The notes under the pieces were generated by a model. It was not told where the DNA came from, ran no database searches, and worked only from the letters and a program-made list of their open reading frames with translations. The position numbers were made by a program, and so were the translations under genes. A stretch of 64,000 nt of DNA. Origin: an uncultured virus (IMG/VR IMGVR_UViG_3300035704_000005) (taxonomy: Duplodnaviria; Heunggongvirae; Uroviricota; Caudoviricetes). Location: the IMG/VR virus record IMGVR_UViG_3300035704_000005. One strand, written 5' to 3'. This document shows, in pieces, positions 35,233 through 42,622 of the stretch. Positions within the stretch are counted from its first letter, which is position 1, and every line of letters begins with the position of its first letter.

Positions 35233-35270
35233 ACCCTAGCCGGACACTTGGTGCCTGTCAAGCTCGACAG
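35233..35270 (-). promoter_or_regulatory. SigA-type promoter TTGACA-N17-TAGGGT with overlapping CTGTCGAGCTTGACAG operator
   Basis: Minus strand reads CTGTCGAGC-TTGACA-GGCACCAAGTGTCCGGC-TAGGGT. Confidence 0.75.
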
Positions 35271-35290
35271 GGGGTCATGTTGTGGGGTCA

Positions 35291-35497
35291 TCAGAAGAGG
35301 GTCAGCCACCTCAACTCCCATCGGTAGCGGTAGCCGTTCTGGTAGCACCAGAAGCACTCCTTCTCGCTGAAGTGGACCCCGTCCGAGGCGTAGTCTCGCT
35401 TGACCCCTTCGCAGTGCTTGCAGGTCACAAAGGGTTTCCACCAGAGATGAAGACCCCATGCCACCAAGAGCACCAAGACCCCTACCCACAGATGCAT
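35291..35497 (-). CDS. small membrane-anchored CxxC..CxxC protein (AICE-type)
   Basis: TM helix then PFVTCKHCEG...CFWC..GYRYR; directly downstream of the TraB-like gene. Confidence 0.7.
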   Translation of the reverse strand: MHLWVGVLVLLVAWGLHLWWKPFVTCKHCEGVKRDYASDGVHFSEKECFWCYQNGYRYRWELRWLTLF

Positions 35498-35678
35498 GAC
35501 CCCATGACCCCTTCTGTTGATGACCCCTCGGCAGGGGTTTTGGAGCCCCGCATCGGGGCGCGACGAACCCGGACACACCGGGGGTTGTCGGTGCCCGCGG
35601 TGGGGTCAACATGACCCCTCAACAGACCCCTCAGAGCCCTCAACATGACCTCAACCGTTGAGCCGGACGTTGAACCCC

Positions 35679-37796
35679 TCACAACGCCTCCAAGGCAACG
35701 TTGATGTCTGAGGCGGTGTAGCAGCTGCAATTGCCTCGAAGCTTGTTGCGCATGCTCTTGGCCTTGGGTGCTTTGTCGCCCAGCTCGGCCCGCAGGCGCT
35801 TGGCCAGCTCCGTAGCGTCGATCTCCTCATTGCAGTTCTCAGTGATCCACTCAGCGGCCATCGCGCTGGGCAGCTTGCCGTCCACCGGATCTATGTCGTC
35901 CAGTGCGGCGGCCAAGGCCGAGAGGGTGTTAGGCACTACCTGAGCGTCTACAGTGCCGCCGGAGTTGCCGCTGCCGTCGCCGATGCGGGGCAGTCCATCT
36001 GCCAGCCGACGAGCCCGGCGCCGTTTGATTTCGTCTTCTGGCATAGGCGTCCAGCTGCAATAAACAACCGGGTCGAATCCCGCGGCATTGACATAGCAAC
36101 GACCGGCATCATTCTTGGCCTGTCCTCGAACTGCCGACTTGAGCAGGTTCGGTGCCCAGCCAGCCCGACGCAGATCAGGAGAGAAGATCTCGTTAGCGTC
36201 GTCCTGGGTGCAAGGCCCGACGAGCCAAGCCATCATCTGCGAGGAGATGCCTGTGGTTCCCGAGTCGGACTTGCCGGTTTTCTGTGCTGCGGTCACCAAG
36301 GTAACCCAGTGCTTGCTGCCGGTCCGGGCGATAATCTCGATCCTGCTCGCCAAATCAATAGTACCCTTCGGCTGTCCATTGAATTTCGTAGCCTGAGGCA
36401 TCTCATCAATGATGAGGTGAATGCTGGGCTCGTTATAAAACTCGGCCAGGTGAGCATTCCACTCACGGCCCTTAGAATTGGGGTCATCGCTTCGCGCAAT
36501 ATCACCCAAGATCTTGGCCCGACGCTTAATGATTCCGAGTAGCCAATCAAGCAAAGCTTCGGCATCCTCCGGGGTGTAGGCCACCCGCTGAATGCAGTCA
36601 CCGTAGATCGGGAACAGCGGCCCCTCGGTAAGGTCGATACCGACAGCTACGGCATTGTAGCAAGCAAGGATAGCTTCGATTACCGCACTGACGAGACCCT
36701 CGCTTTTACCGCCACCCGATTTGGCGACAATACCAACATGCACCCCAGCGAAGTGCACCCGGAATGGCATCTTGGTCTGAGACTTGCCGAGGAGGAACCC
36801 TTCGATCACCGACTTGGATTTCGTCGGCACCCAAGGTGCGATAGGAACGTCCGTGAACGGATCGCCATGCTTGATGGTCAGGATTCGGCGAGTCGCTACC
36901 GCGGGCACGTCAAGTACCCGGATTGAGCGCAGCGCCGCACCGATAGACCGCTCAAGCGAGCGAACATGTGCCTCCGTGATGTCCTGGTAGGTGGAGAGGT
37001 TTTGTATCCACTCCTCACGATCAAAATCATAGGTACAAATACCATCCACCCGTACCAGCGGGTGACTGCTACCGTCGATACCCACAATCTCGTTAAAAGC
37101 TGACTGGATCGAATCCGTCAGTTGCTTATAAGGCATGCCCTCCCGTAGCGGCTCTCGGTACACTGGGGTGAATTCTGTTTTCTTCTCGACCCCAGCACGG
37201 CCGATCAGATCGAGGATAACCACTAGACTAATAAGGACAGCCCAGAAATAAGTAAGGTTGGCAATGTACAAATAAGCCATGCTGCCCGCGGCCACGAGAA
37301 CAGCGATAATCGAAGCCCAGATGCGATAACCGTGGCTCTTGTGCCGACTAGCCAGTGTGCGAGCCTTAAGAGGTCCCTCAGCTACTTGCTGCGCAGCATC
37401 GAGGTGCACCGCGGTAACCCACTTGGTGTAGGCCACGACGCACTTGCCACAGCCGCACCACACTGGCCGGACAACTTCTGTCCAAACGCCTTTGGGCGCC
37501 TTGATAAAAGCCCAGTTAATGAGGATGCCGGGCACCTTAGGCGCAGCATGCTGAAGGCGGGCCTTGACGTATCGCCGATCAAGCAGTGTCAAAGCGTGCT
37601 TGTCTACCCAGGCCCAACCCTTCGGCTCTTCGTCGGGCGAGGCTTCCCATTTGACTACCTCGGAATTTACGACGTCCGGGTATTCAGGATCGGGCTGTGC
37701 GCGCTCGAATCGCCGAAGCCACGCGCGCCAGCGCGAAGGCTTATCGTCGTCCGGCGGTGGCGCCGGGCTGGGCTGGTTGAGATCAGTAATGGTCAT
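35679..37796 (-). CDS. TraB-like FtsK/SpoIIIE DNA translocase
   Basis: Two TM helices, Walker A AKSGGGKS, Walker B LIIDE, RTGSKHWVTLVTAAQK motif, C-terminal wHTH-like domain; AGAGGTG SD, ATGA overlap. Confidence 0.85.
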   Translation of the reverse strand: MTITDLNQPSPAPPPDDDKPSRWRAWLRRFERAQPDPEYPDVVNSEVVKWEASPDEEPKGWAWVDKHALTLLDRRYVKARLQHAAPKVPGILINWAFIKAPKGVWTEVVRPVWCGCGKCVVAYTKWVTAVHLDAAQQVAEGPLKARTLASRHKSHGYRIWASIIAVLVAAGSMAYLYIANLTYFWAVLISLVVILDLIGRAGVEKKTEFTPVYREPLREGMPYKQLTDSIQSAFNEIVGIDGSSHPLVRVDGICTYDFDREEWIQNLSTYQDITEAHVRSLERSIGAALRSIRVLDVPAVATRRILTIKHGDPFTDVPIAPWVPTKSKSVIEGFLLGKSQTKMPFRVHFAGVHVGIVAKSGGGKSEGLVSAVIEAILACYNAVAVGIDLTEGPLFPIYGDCIQRVAYTPEDAEALLDWLLGIIKRRAKILGDIARSDDPNSKGREWNAHLAEFYNEPSIHLIIDEMPQATKFNGQPKGTIDLASRIEIIARTGSKHWVTLVTAAQKTGKSDSGTTGISSQMMAWLVGPCTQDDANEIFSPDLRRAGWAPNLLKSAVRGQAKNDAGRCYVNAAGFDPVVYCSWTPMPEDEIKRRRARRLADGLPRIGDGSGNSGGTVDAQVVPNTLSALAAALDDIDPVDGKLPSAMAAEWITENCNEEIDATELAKRLRAELGDKAPKAKSMRNKLRGNCSCYTASDINVALEAL

Positions 37797-38698
37797 GACG
37801 CCACCTCTTGACGATTCTTGCGCCACTCACCCAGCAGTTTCTTGCAGGTGTGCGGGCTGCCGTTGATGCCCTCGGCCAGCTTGGCGGCCGTGGTCTGTGC
37901 GTTGTGGTGTCGATCCAGCCAGGCAAATGCGGTGTCGCGTACGTCCGAGCGGCGGGCAGGTGCTGAGGTGGAAACTGGCTGGTCAGAGCGTTGCCCGCGA
38001 TCGGGGAAACTAAGTTTCCGCTGGTCAGGGCGTGAGCGAGCAGTGTGCTCAGCCCTGTAAGCAAACGGCGTTACCGTTGTAGGTGAGGGGCTAGCCCCCA
38101 ACGAGCGTTGTAGCTGAGATGATCTTTCTAGTGCTGGCGCCGCAGCTGGTAGAGCTGAGGTTGCCGTTTCGAGCTGGTTGCTAGTGGCCGAGATCCGCTC
38201 AGATGGAGCAACGATCGGGGTATTTTTTGCCAGCGCGCGGGCCTCTTCTTCAGCGAGAGCCGCAACCTCGACGGGCGTGATCACCCGCGCACACTCGCCG
38301 CGGTACTCGGCCAGTCCGACCATGATCAGGGGCACGAACGCGTGCACCAAGATCAGCGGAATTTTCAGCACTACCCGGATGGGCAGCACGATGGCCGCAA
38401 GACAGTTGAGGACAACAGACATCGCTGCGGTGCCCCAGCGCAGTGCTCGGCCCCACGGTCCGGACGTCAGACCGATGCGCTCTAGCAGGTGATCTCCCGT
38501 GAGCACCACCCACAGCGCGACGTCTACGGCCAAAGCTGTCATAGCGCCTGAGGCAATACCCCACCCGTCATTTTGCAGGGTGTAGAAAGACGTAACGCCA
38601 GAGATGGCCGAGGCTGACATCGTGATACCTGCACAGGCCCAAATCCCGGCATTCATCTTCTGTCGGGTGAGACGCACCGTAGCAATGTCGAGCGTCAT
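37793..38698 (-). CDS. SpdA/DUF2637-like membrane protein with C-terminal HTH
   Basis: Four TM helices (ALAVDVAL, LRW...SVVLN, VHAFVPLI..LAE), linker, then TTAAKLAEGINGSPHTCKKLL. Confidence 0.75.
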   Translation of the reverse strand: MTLDIATVRLTRQKMNAGIWACAGITMSASAISGVTSFYTLQNDGWGIASGAMTALAVDVALWVVLTGDHLLERIGLTSGPWGRALRWGTAAMSVVLNCLAAIVLPIRVVLKIPLILVHAFVPLIMVGLAEYRGECARVITPVEVAALAEEEARALAKNTPIVAPSERISATSNQLETATSALPAAAPALERSSQLQRSLGASPSPTTVTPFAYRAEHTARSRPDQRKLSFPDRGQRSDQPVSTSAPARRSDVRDTAFAWLDRHHNAQTTAAKLAEGINGSPHTCKKLLGEWRKNRQEVAS

Positions 38699-38931
38699 TC
38701 GTTGTCGCCACCTCGGGCAGCGCGTAGCACGCGTGCTAGTACGTTGGCCTGGGCAAAGCTGAGCGGCATCGGCCCGCATCCGGGGTAGCAAATGTGGATT
38801 TCCCAGCCGCCAGGAGCTTTTAGGAAAATGAGTTGACGGCGTTCCCGAGTCTCTGAATTCTCGGTCTCGATAACGACTGAGCCGTCTTTCCTCACGGTTA
38901 CCGGCTCAATCGGCCAAGTTGATTCACTCAC
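38695..38931 (-). CDS. hypothetical protein, first gene of the transfer operon
   Basis: GAGGT SD, ATGA overlap with the SpdA-like gene. Confidence 0.65.
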   Translation of the reverse strand: MSESTWPIEPVTVRKDGSVVIETENSETRERRQLIFLKAPGGWEIHICYPGCGPMPLSFAQANVLARVLRAARGGDNE

Positions 38932-39064
38932 GATGTGCCTACCTCAGTCCCTGTTGGTGTCGCCACCCGGCGCGGTCAGGGACGAGCACCCCGCCGGGTG
39001 GCTGGCCAGCCGCGGCCAACGGCTAACCGGGCACCTCCGTAGGCGCCGTGCTCGACAGCCTACA

Positions 39065-39086
39065 GTTTCAGTTGCAAAATTGAAAC
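39065..39086. promoter_or_regulatory. palindromic operator in the divergent promoter region
   Basis: GTTTCAGTT-GCAA-AATTGAAAC; overlaps a plus-strand TTGCAA-N18-CATACT and lies just upstream of a minus-strand TAGGCT. Confidence 0.5.
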
Positions 39087-39150
39087 CGGGTACGGCATAC
39101 TGGCCCTCAGCCGCAACCGAGCGGCTTGGACAACGGGAGGATGCAGCCGG

Positions 39151-39450
39151 GTGGATAGGGCAGATGCGGTATCGCACGGAGTATCAGAAGGGGAGGTGCT
39201 TGCCGAGATACTGGGGGCCGATGTCTCCTCAGATCGGAAGGCCGATCTGATCAAGGCCATAGCCCAGCTAGAAGAGATCGTGGCCCGCGCACCGCTACTG
39301 CTGCGGGTTCTCTACCACGGGCTGTATGGGGAGCTTAGACCGGACAATCATGACGTTTGGGCGCGCGTTGGCGCTGCAACTGGTTGCACCAAGAACCAAG
39401 CGTGGCGCAAAGCTCACCCGCCAGGGATGGAGGTAGAACCACCTAGCTAG
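39151..39450 (+). CDS. small HTH-like regulator divergent from the transfer operon
   Basis: GGGAGG SD; WARVGAATGCTKNQAWRK. Confidence 0.6.
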   Translation: MDRADAVSHGVSEGEVLAEILGADVSSDRKADLIKAIAQLEEIVARAPLLLRVLYHGLYGELRPDNHDVWARVGAATGCTKNQAWRKAHPPGMEVEPPS

Positions 39451-39456
39451 GGCAAC

Positions 39457-39512
39457 AAAAAACAAGACCCCCTGATGACTTGGCCAACTGGCTCTGTCTC
39501 AGGGGGTCTTGT
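39457..39512. terminator. terminator between convergent genes
   Basis: 14-bp inverted repeat 39462-39475/39499-39512; U-tract on the minus strand. Confidence 0.7.
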
Positions 39513-39581
39513 CGTTGGGGTGTTGTCAGACATCCCATCACCGACTGGGCGCTCAACCGTCGGCAGCCCCAAACTAGCAGC

Positions 39582-39722
39582 TCACCTCCGCCAGCGCGTC
39601 CAGATCACACGAACGGCTGAAGCGAAACCTAGAGCCAGCGTCAAGCTTAGAAGGCCGAGGGCTGAGGCTCCTGCCAGCACAAATGAGATGATGGCTAAGA
39701 CGGCCAGGATACCGACGAGCAT
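39582..39722 (-). CDS. small membrane protein (46 aa, not in ORF track)
   Basis: MLVGILAVLAIISFVLAG...WTRWRR; AGGA SD. Confidence 0.55.
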   Translation of the reverse strand: MLVGILAVLAIISFVLAGASALGLLSLTLALGFASAVRVIWTRWRR

Positions 39723-39814
39723 ATTTATCCTGTCTTGCAAGTTGACACAGATATCTGATTAGGTGTATCTAGTGGCTATCAGAAAACCCCTGACTCCGAG
39801 AGAAAGTTGCGCAC

Positions 39815-40222
39815 ATGGCACAGAAGGTTGAAGTTACTATCACCAGTGACCTGAGTGGCGAGGGCGGTGCTCATGGAGTTGTGCTGTCCCTTGACGGCAC
39901 GGCTACCGAGATCGACCTCACCGAAGCTGAGCACGTCGGCCTGCGAGACCACCTCGCTAGCTACTTCGAGAAGGGCCGGAAGGCAGCTACCGCCAAGACC
40001 GGCAAGCGCGGCCCTGGGCGACCGCGGACCAAGGACGCGACTGCCACACCCGCGGTTGCCGCAACCGGCGGTTCTGGCCTGACTAAGGAAGACCGGCAGG
40101 CGGTCCGGGAGTACGCCTCGGCTAACGGTCACGAGCTGGCCAAGCGCGGTCGCCTGCCGGAGCTGGCCATCACGGCATGGCGTGAGCAGAATCCTGAGAT
40201 TCTGAGCCACCTGGCTGCGTAG
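39815..40222 (+). CDS. lsr2: Lsr2 nucleoid-associated protein
   Basis: MAQKV...DL.G...LDG...EIDL dimerisation domain; VREYA.ANG.EL..RGRLP AT-hook. Confidence 0.93.
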   Translation: MAQKVEVTITSDLSGEGGAHGVVLSLDGTATEIDLTEAEHVGLRDHLASYFEKGRKAATAKTGKRGPGRPRTKDATATPAVAATGGSGLTKEDRQAVREYASANGHELAKRGRLPELAITAWREQNPEILSHLAA

Positions 40223-40231
40223 GCAGCCCAG

Positions 40232-40269
40232 AGAGGGCGGTGCCCAGACGTGGGGGTGCCGCCCTCTTT
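40232..40269 (+). terminator. terminator after lsr2
   Basis: AGAGGGCGGTGCCC / GGGTGCCGCCCTCT stem, short U tail. Confidence 0.75.
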
Positions 40270-40281
40270 GCGGTCCGGAGA

Positions 40282-40327
40282 CTGTCGAGCTTGACAGGTG
40301 GTGCGCAGGTAGGTAGGATCCTACCTA
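40282..40327 (+). promoter_or_regulatory. SigA promoter TTGACA-N17-TAGGAT with two palindromes
   Basis: CTGTCGAGCTTGACAG over the -35; perfect 18-bp TAGGTAGGATCCTACCTA over the -10. Confidence 0.8.
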
Positions 40328-40356
40328 GAAGAAGTCAGCGACACAGAGGAGTCGAA

Positions 40357-40494
40357 ATGGACCGGCAGGAAGCCAACCGGGCACTCGCCAAGGCCATCGC
40401 TTTCAAGAACTGTGGCAAGGACAAAGAAGCAGCTGAGTGGGCGCGCAAGCTGGTTGAGTTGCTGGAGTGCGCCGAGATCCTCGCTGCCGAGTAG
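40357..40494 (+). CDS. small hypothetical protein
   Basis: GAGGAG SD; MDRQEANRALAKAIAFKNCGKD. Confidence 0.7.
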   Translation: MDRQEANRALAKAIAFKNCGKDKEAAEWARKLVELLECAEILAAE

Positions 40495-40495
40495 A

Positions 40496-40523
40496 TGTAA
40501 CGATCAGTTCCAAGCCCGCGATA
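40496..40523 (+). promoter_or_regulatory. ECF-type promoter TGTAAC-N17-CGATA
   Basis: Exact motif in an intergenic gap. Confidence 0.75.
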
Positions 40524-40561
40524 TACCAGATGTCAGAGCAACAAACACGGAGGGCCGAGAA

Positions 40562-40966
40562 ATGCCAGAAGTCATCCTCACCGAACGCACGGTGCCCGGT
40601 ACCGATGTTGTGGTGACCGTATCCCGGAAGACCAGCCTCATTGATGGAAAGGTTTATTTCCGCGCCGTCCGTGATCCTGGCACGAGCGAGCTAGTCAACT
40701 ACCTGTTGTTTGGCCGCGACACGGAGGCAGAGGCCCGTGAGGTGGCCGACTTCTTGTGGAACGACACAGTCACCCGTCGCGACGCCAAGGCCGTTGAATT
40801 GCTCGAATCCACAACGTATGAGATTGGTCAGTTCGTGGCAGCAACCTGCTTGAGGTGCAACGACCGGACCGGCCAGCACGCCCTATCGTCTACTACTGCC
40901 GGGCTCGTCCTCAAGTGCGGCCGTTGCGGTAACCGCTCGCTGCGCTCCCCGCTCGTCAAGCTGTAA
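40562..40966 (+). CDS. hypothetical protein with C-terminal Zn ribbon
   Basis: GGAGG SD; CLRC...CGRC. Confidence 0.7.
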   Translation: MPEVILTERTVPGTDVVVTVSRKTSLIDGKVYFRAVRDPGTSELVNYLLFGRDTEAEAREVADFLWNDTVTRRDAKAVELLESTTYEIGQFVAATCLRCNDRTGQHALSSTTAGLVLKCGRCGNRSLRSPLVKL

Positions 40967-40989
40967 CACCACATTCCAAATCCGCGATA
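40962..40989 (+). promoter_or_regulatory. ECF-type promoter TGTAAC-N17-CGATA
   Basis: Exact motif; also shares TTCCAA and ATGTCAGAGCA with the 40496 copy. Confidence 0.75.
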
Positions 40990-41032
40990 CACATAATGTC
41001 AGAGCAGCACAGCAGCTACCGAGGGAGTCATC

Positions 41033-41206
41033 ATGGGTAAAGTTCTTTAGCGTAACATCATGTCCGGTAAATCGGGCATCATTCATAAGTGCGGAGGCAC
41101 AGATCCTATGTCTCCTTGGCCAGCTTGCCGGACACGCGCTACCTCAGGCGTCGGCTATTTCAGCACCGATCGCCCAGTCACCTGCACCAAGTGCAAAAAG
41201 ATCTAG
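41033..41206 (+). pseudogene. small Zn-finger gene interrupted by an in-frame TAG at codon 6
   Basis: GAGGGAG SD, MGKVL-TAG-RNIMSGKSGIIHKC...VTCTKCKKI. Confidence 0.5.
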
Positions 41207-41207
41207 G

Positions 41208-41258
41208 CTGCCGAGCTTGACAGGTGTTGCGCAGGTAGGTAGGATCCTATATAGAAGG
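41208..41258 (+). promoter_or_regulatory. second copy of the SigA promoter/operator cassette
   Basis: Near-identical to 40282-40332; TTGACA 41217, TAGGAT 41240. Confidence 0.8.
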
Positions 41259-41284
41259 TACCAACGGAGGCCAGGAGGCCCAAG

Positions 41285-41452
41285 ATGGACAGGTCGCTAG
41301 AATTTCGTCACAGTAACGAGAGAATTACCTACACCGCAGCCAACGGGCACCTTATGGCCACAGATCGTGAATCCTACGATCGAGGCACCACTTGGAATGC
41401 CCAGCACTCGGAAGAGTGCTCTTGCGTAGGTGAGACGCCTCCCGACTGGTAA
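41285..41452 (+). CDS. small hypothetical protein (not in ORF track)
   Basis: AGGAGG SD; 55 aa ending H...CSC...PDW. Confidence 0.65.
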   Translation: MDRSLEFRHSNERITYTAANGHLMATDRESYDRGTTWNAQHSEECSCVGETPPDW

Positions 41453-41483
41453 ACCAAACCACAAACCAAAACTAAACAGTAGG

Positions 41484-41637
41484 AGCCTCGCGAATAACTG
41501 GCACTCAGCCAGGATATCGGATAACTCGGAACACAGGATGGCATAGCAGGCCACCGACGAGGCTTAGATAGTGCCCCCGGTTGAGCGAGCGGAGTAAGTC
41601 GTCCTAGGCGCACAAGTTCGCGATACATCGGGGGCAC
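41484..41637 (+). ncRNA. candidate two-domain structured RNA
   Basis: AGCCTCG/CGAGGCT and GTGCCCCCG/CGGGGGCAC closing stems with inner hairpins, between A/C-rich linkers. Confidence 0.45.
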
Positions 41638-41672
41638 CCTAATCAATAATACAACAGAAACGGAGACACTGC

Positions 41673-41843
41673 ATGGCGACTCATTTACTTAAAGGACCGC
41701 GCGGACTATTCGCCTTATTCGGCTCTGGTTGGGTTGAAACTCTGTGCGGCATGGAAGTGCCCGCGGGTAATGGACCTGATCGGGGAGTGCAGCCAGATTG
41801 CCCGGAATGCCAGAGACTTAATCAACGGCGCCCATTATTTTAG
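41673..41843 (+). CDS. small Zn-finger protein (not in ORF track)
   Basis: GGAG SD; H...TLCG...DCPEC. Confidence 0.65.
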   Translation: MATHLLKGPRGLFALFGSGWVETLCGMEVPAGNGPDRGVQPDCPECQRLNQRRPLF

Positions 41844-41855
41844 AAAGGACACAGC

Positions 41856-42029
41856 ATGGCTGAGCTTGGAATCGAGACTTTCAGCGACGAGCCCGCGCCG
41901 CCCTCAGTATTCGGAGATACCGCGCGTGGTCTGTTGGATAGTGCCCGACCCACAAGTATCGACAGTACAATCAGTATGGCTACGGCCTATGCTGTGCTTG
42001 ATCTGGCCGACGCCATTCGCAACAGCTGA
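41856..42029 (+). CDS. small hypothetical protein (not in ORF track)
   Basis: AAAGGA SD; ends ATAYAVLDLADAIRNS. Confidence 0.65.
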   Translation: MAELGIETFSDEPAPPSVFGDTARGLLDSARPTSIDSTISMATAYAVLDLADAIRNS

Positions 42030-42045
42030 TCTAAGGAGAGATGAA

Positions 42046-42270
42046 ATGGGTATCCCAGCTTGGGAAGAAGCCTTGCCCCCGGCGCCGGTCGCCCAGGCCG
42101 ATAGCTGGATGCTGGGAATGCATTTGCCAACCGGCAACATTTACCTAGCTCTGAACAACGGCCAGCGTGTTGATTTCTCCCCAGACGACGTGGCACATAT
42201 TGCTGCCGCTCTCGCTGAGGTTTGCGATAACGAAGATGACCGCGCGTTCGTAGTAGACAGCTGGCGGTAG
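42046..42270 (+). CDS. hypothetical protein
   Basis: AAGGAG SD before MGIPAW. Confidence 0.65.
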   Translation: MGIPAWEEALPPAPVAQADSWMLGMHLPTGNIYLALNNGQRVDFSPDDVAHIAAALAEVCDNEDDRAFVVDSWR

Positions 42271-42293
42271 CCCGCAGAAAGGATAAAATAACC

Positions 42294-42479
42294 ATGCTTG
42301 ACTGGCTGAGACGTAAGATATACGGCTCGTGTGCTTTCCCAGGAAAAGAGGCTTGCAGCAACCTCGGCACCAAGATGTACCACCCGCACAAGAACAGCCG
42401 ACCGATCTACCTCTGCGAAATGCACCTAACCGAGATAACTACCAAGGAAGAAGAGGAACTACCGTGCACGGACTGTTGA
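42294..42479 (+). CDS. small Zn-finger protein
   Basis: AAAGGA SD; C..C...LCEMH. Confidence 0.6.
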   Translation: MLDWLRRKIYGSCAFPGKEACSNLGTKMYHPHKNSRPIYLCEMHLTEITTKEEEELPCTDC

Positions 42480-42622
42480 TTCTACTCGGCATCTACGTCG
42501 TGATTCACCTGATGTTTTCGGGCCGTCACTACCGGCGCAGCACCCAGCATCGCTCGTTCCTACATCGTTGCTGGATTAGTGTGCCCGGACCTTTCCACAC
42601 CCGGATTGGTCGGAGACTGTGA
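42464..42622 (+). CDS. small membrane protein
   Basis: TM helix then basic tail; GAGGA SD. Confidence 0.6.
   Translation: MHGLLILLGIYVVIHLMFSGRHYRRSTQHRSFLHRCWISVPGPFHTRIGRRL

Larger units (their letters stand above)
35192..35685. repeat. (T/A)GACCCC(T) repeat cluster; clt/TRS-like locus
   Basis: Direct copies near 35401, 35451, 35476, 35497, 35505, 35521, 35612, 35624; degenerate copies near 35194, 35231, 35635, 35646, 35671; inverted GGGGTCA near 35272, 35284, 35602. Confidence 0.7.

Noticed and set aside
41048..41050. Genome-wide TAG recoding
   Set aside because: Many well-defined genes end in TAG and long genes are not interrupted; only one case seen.
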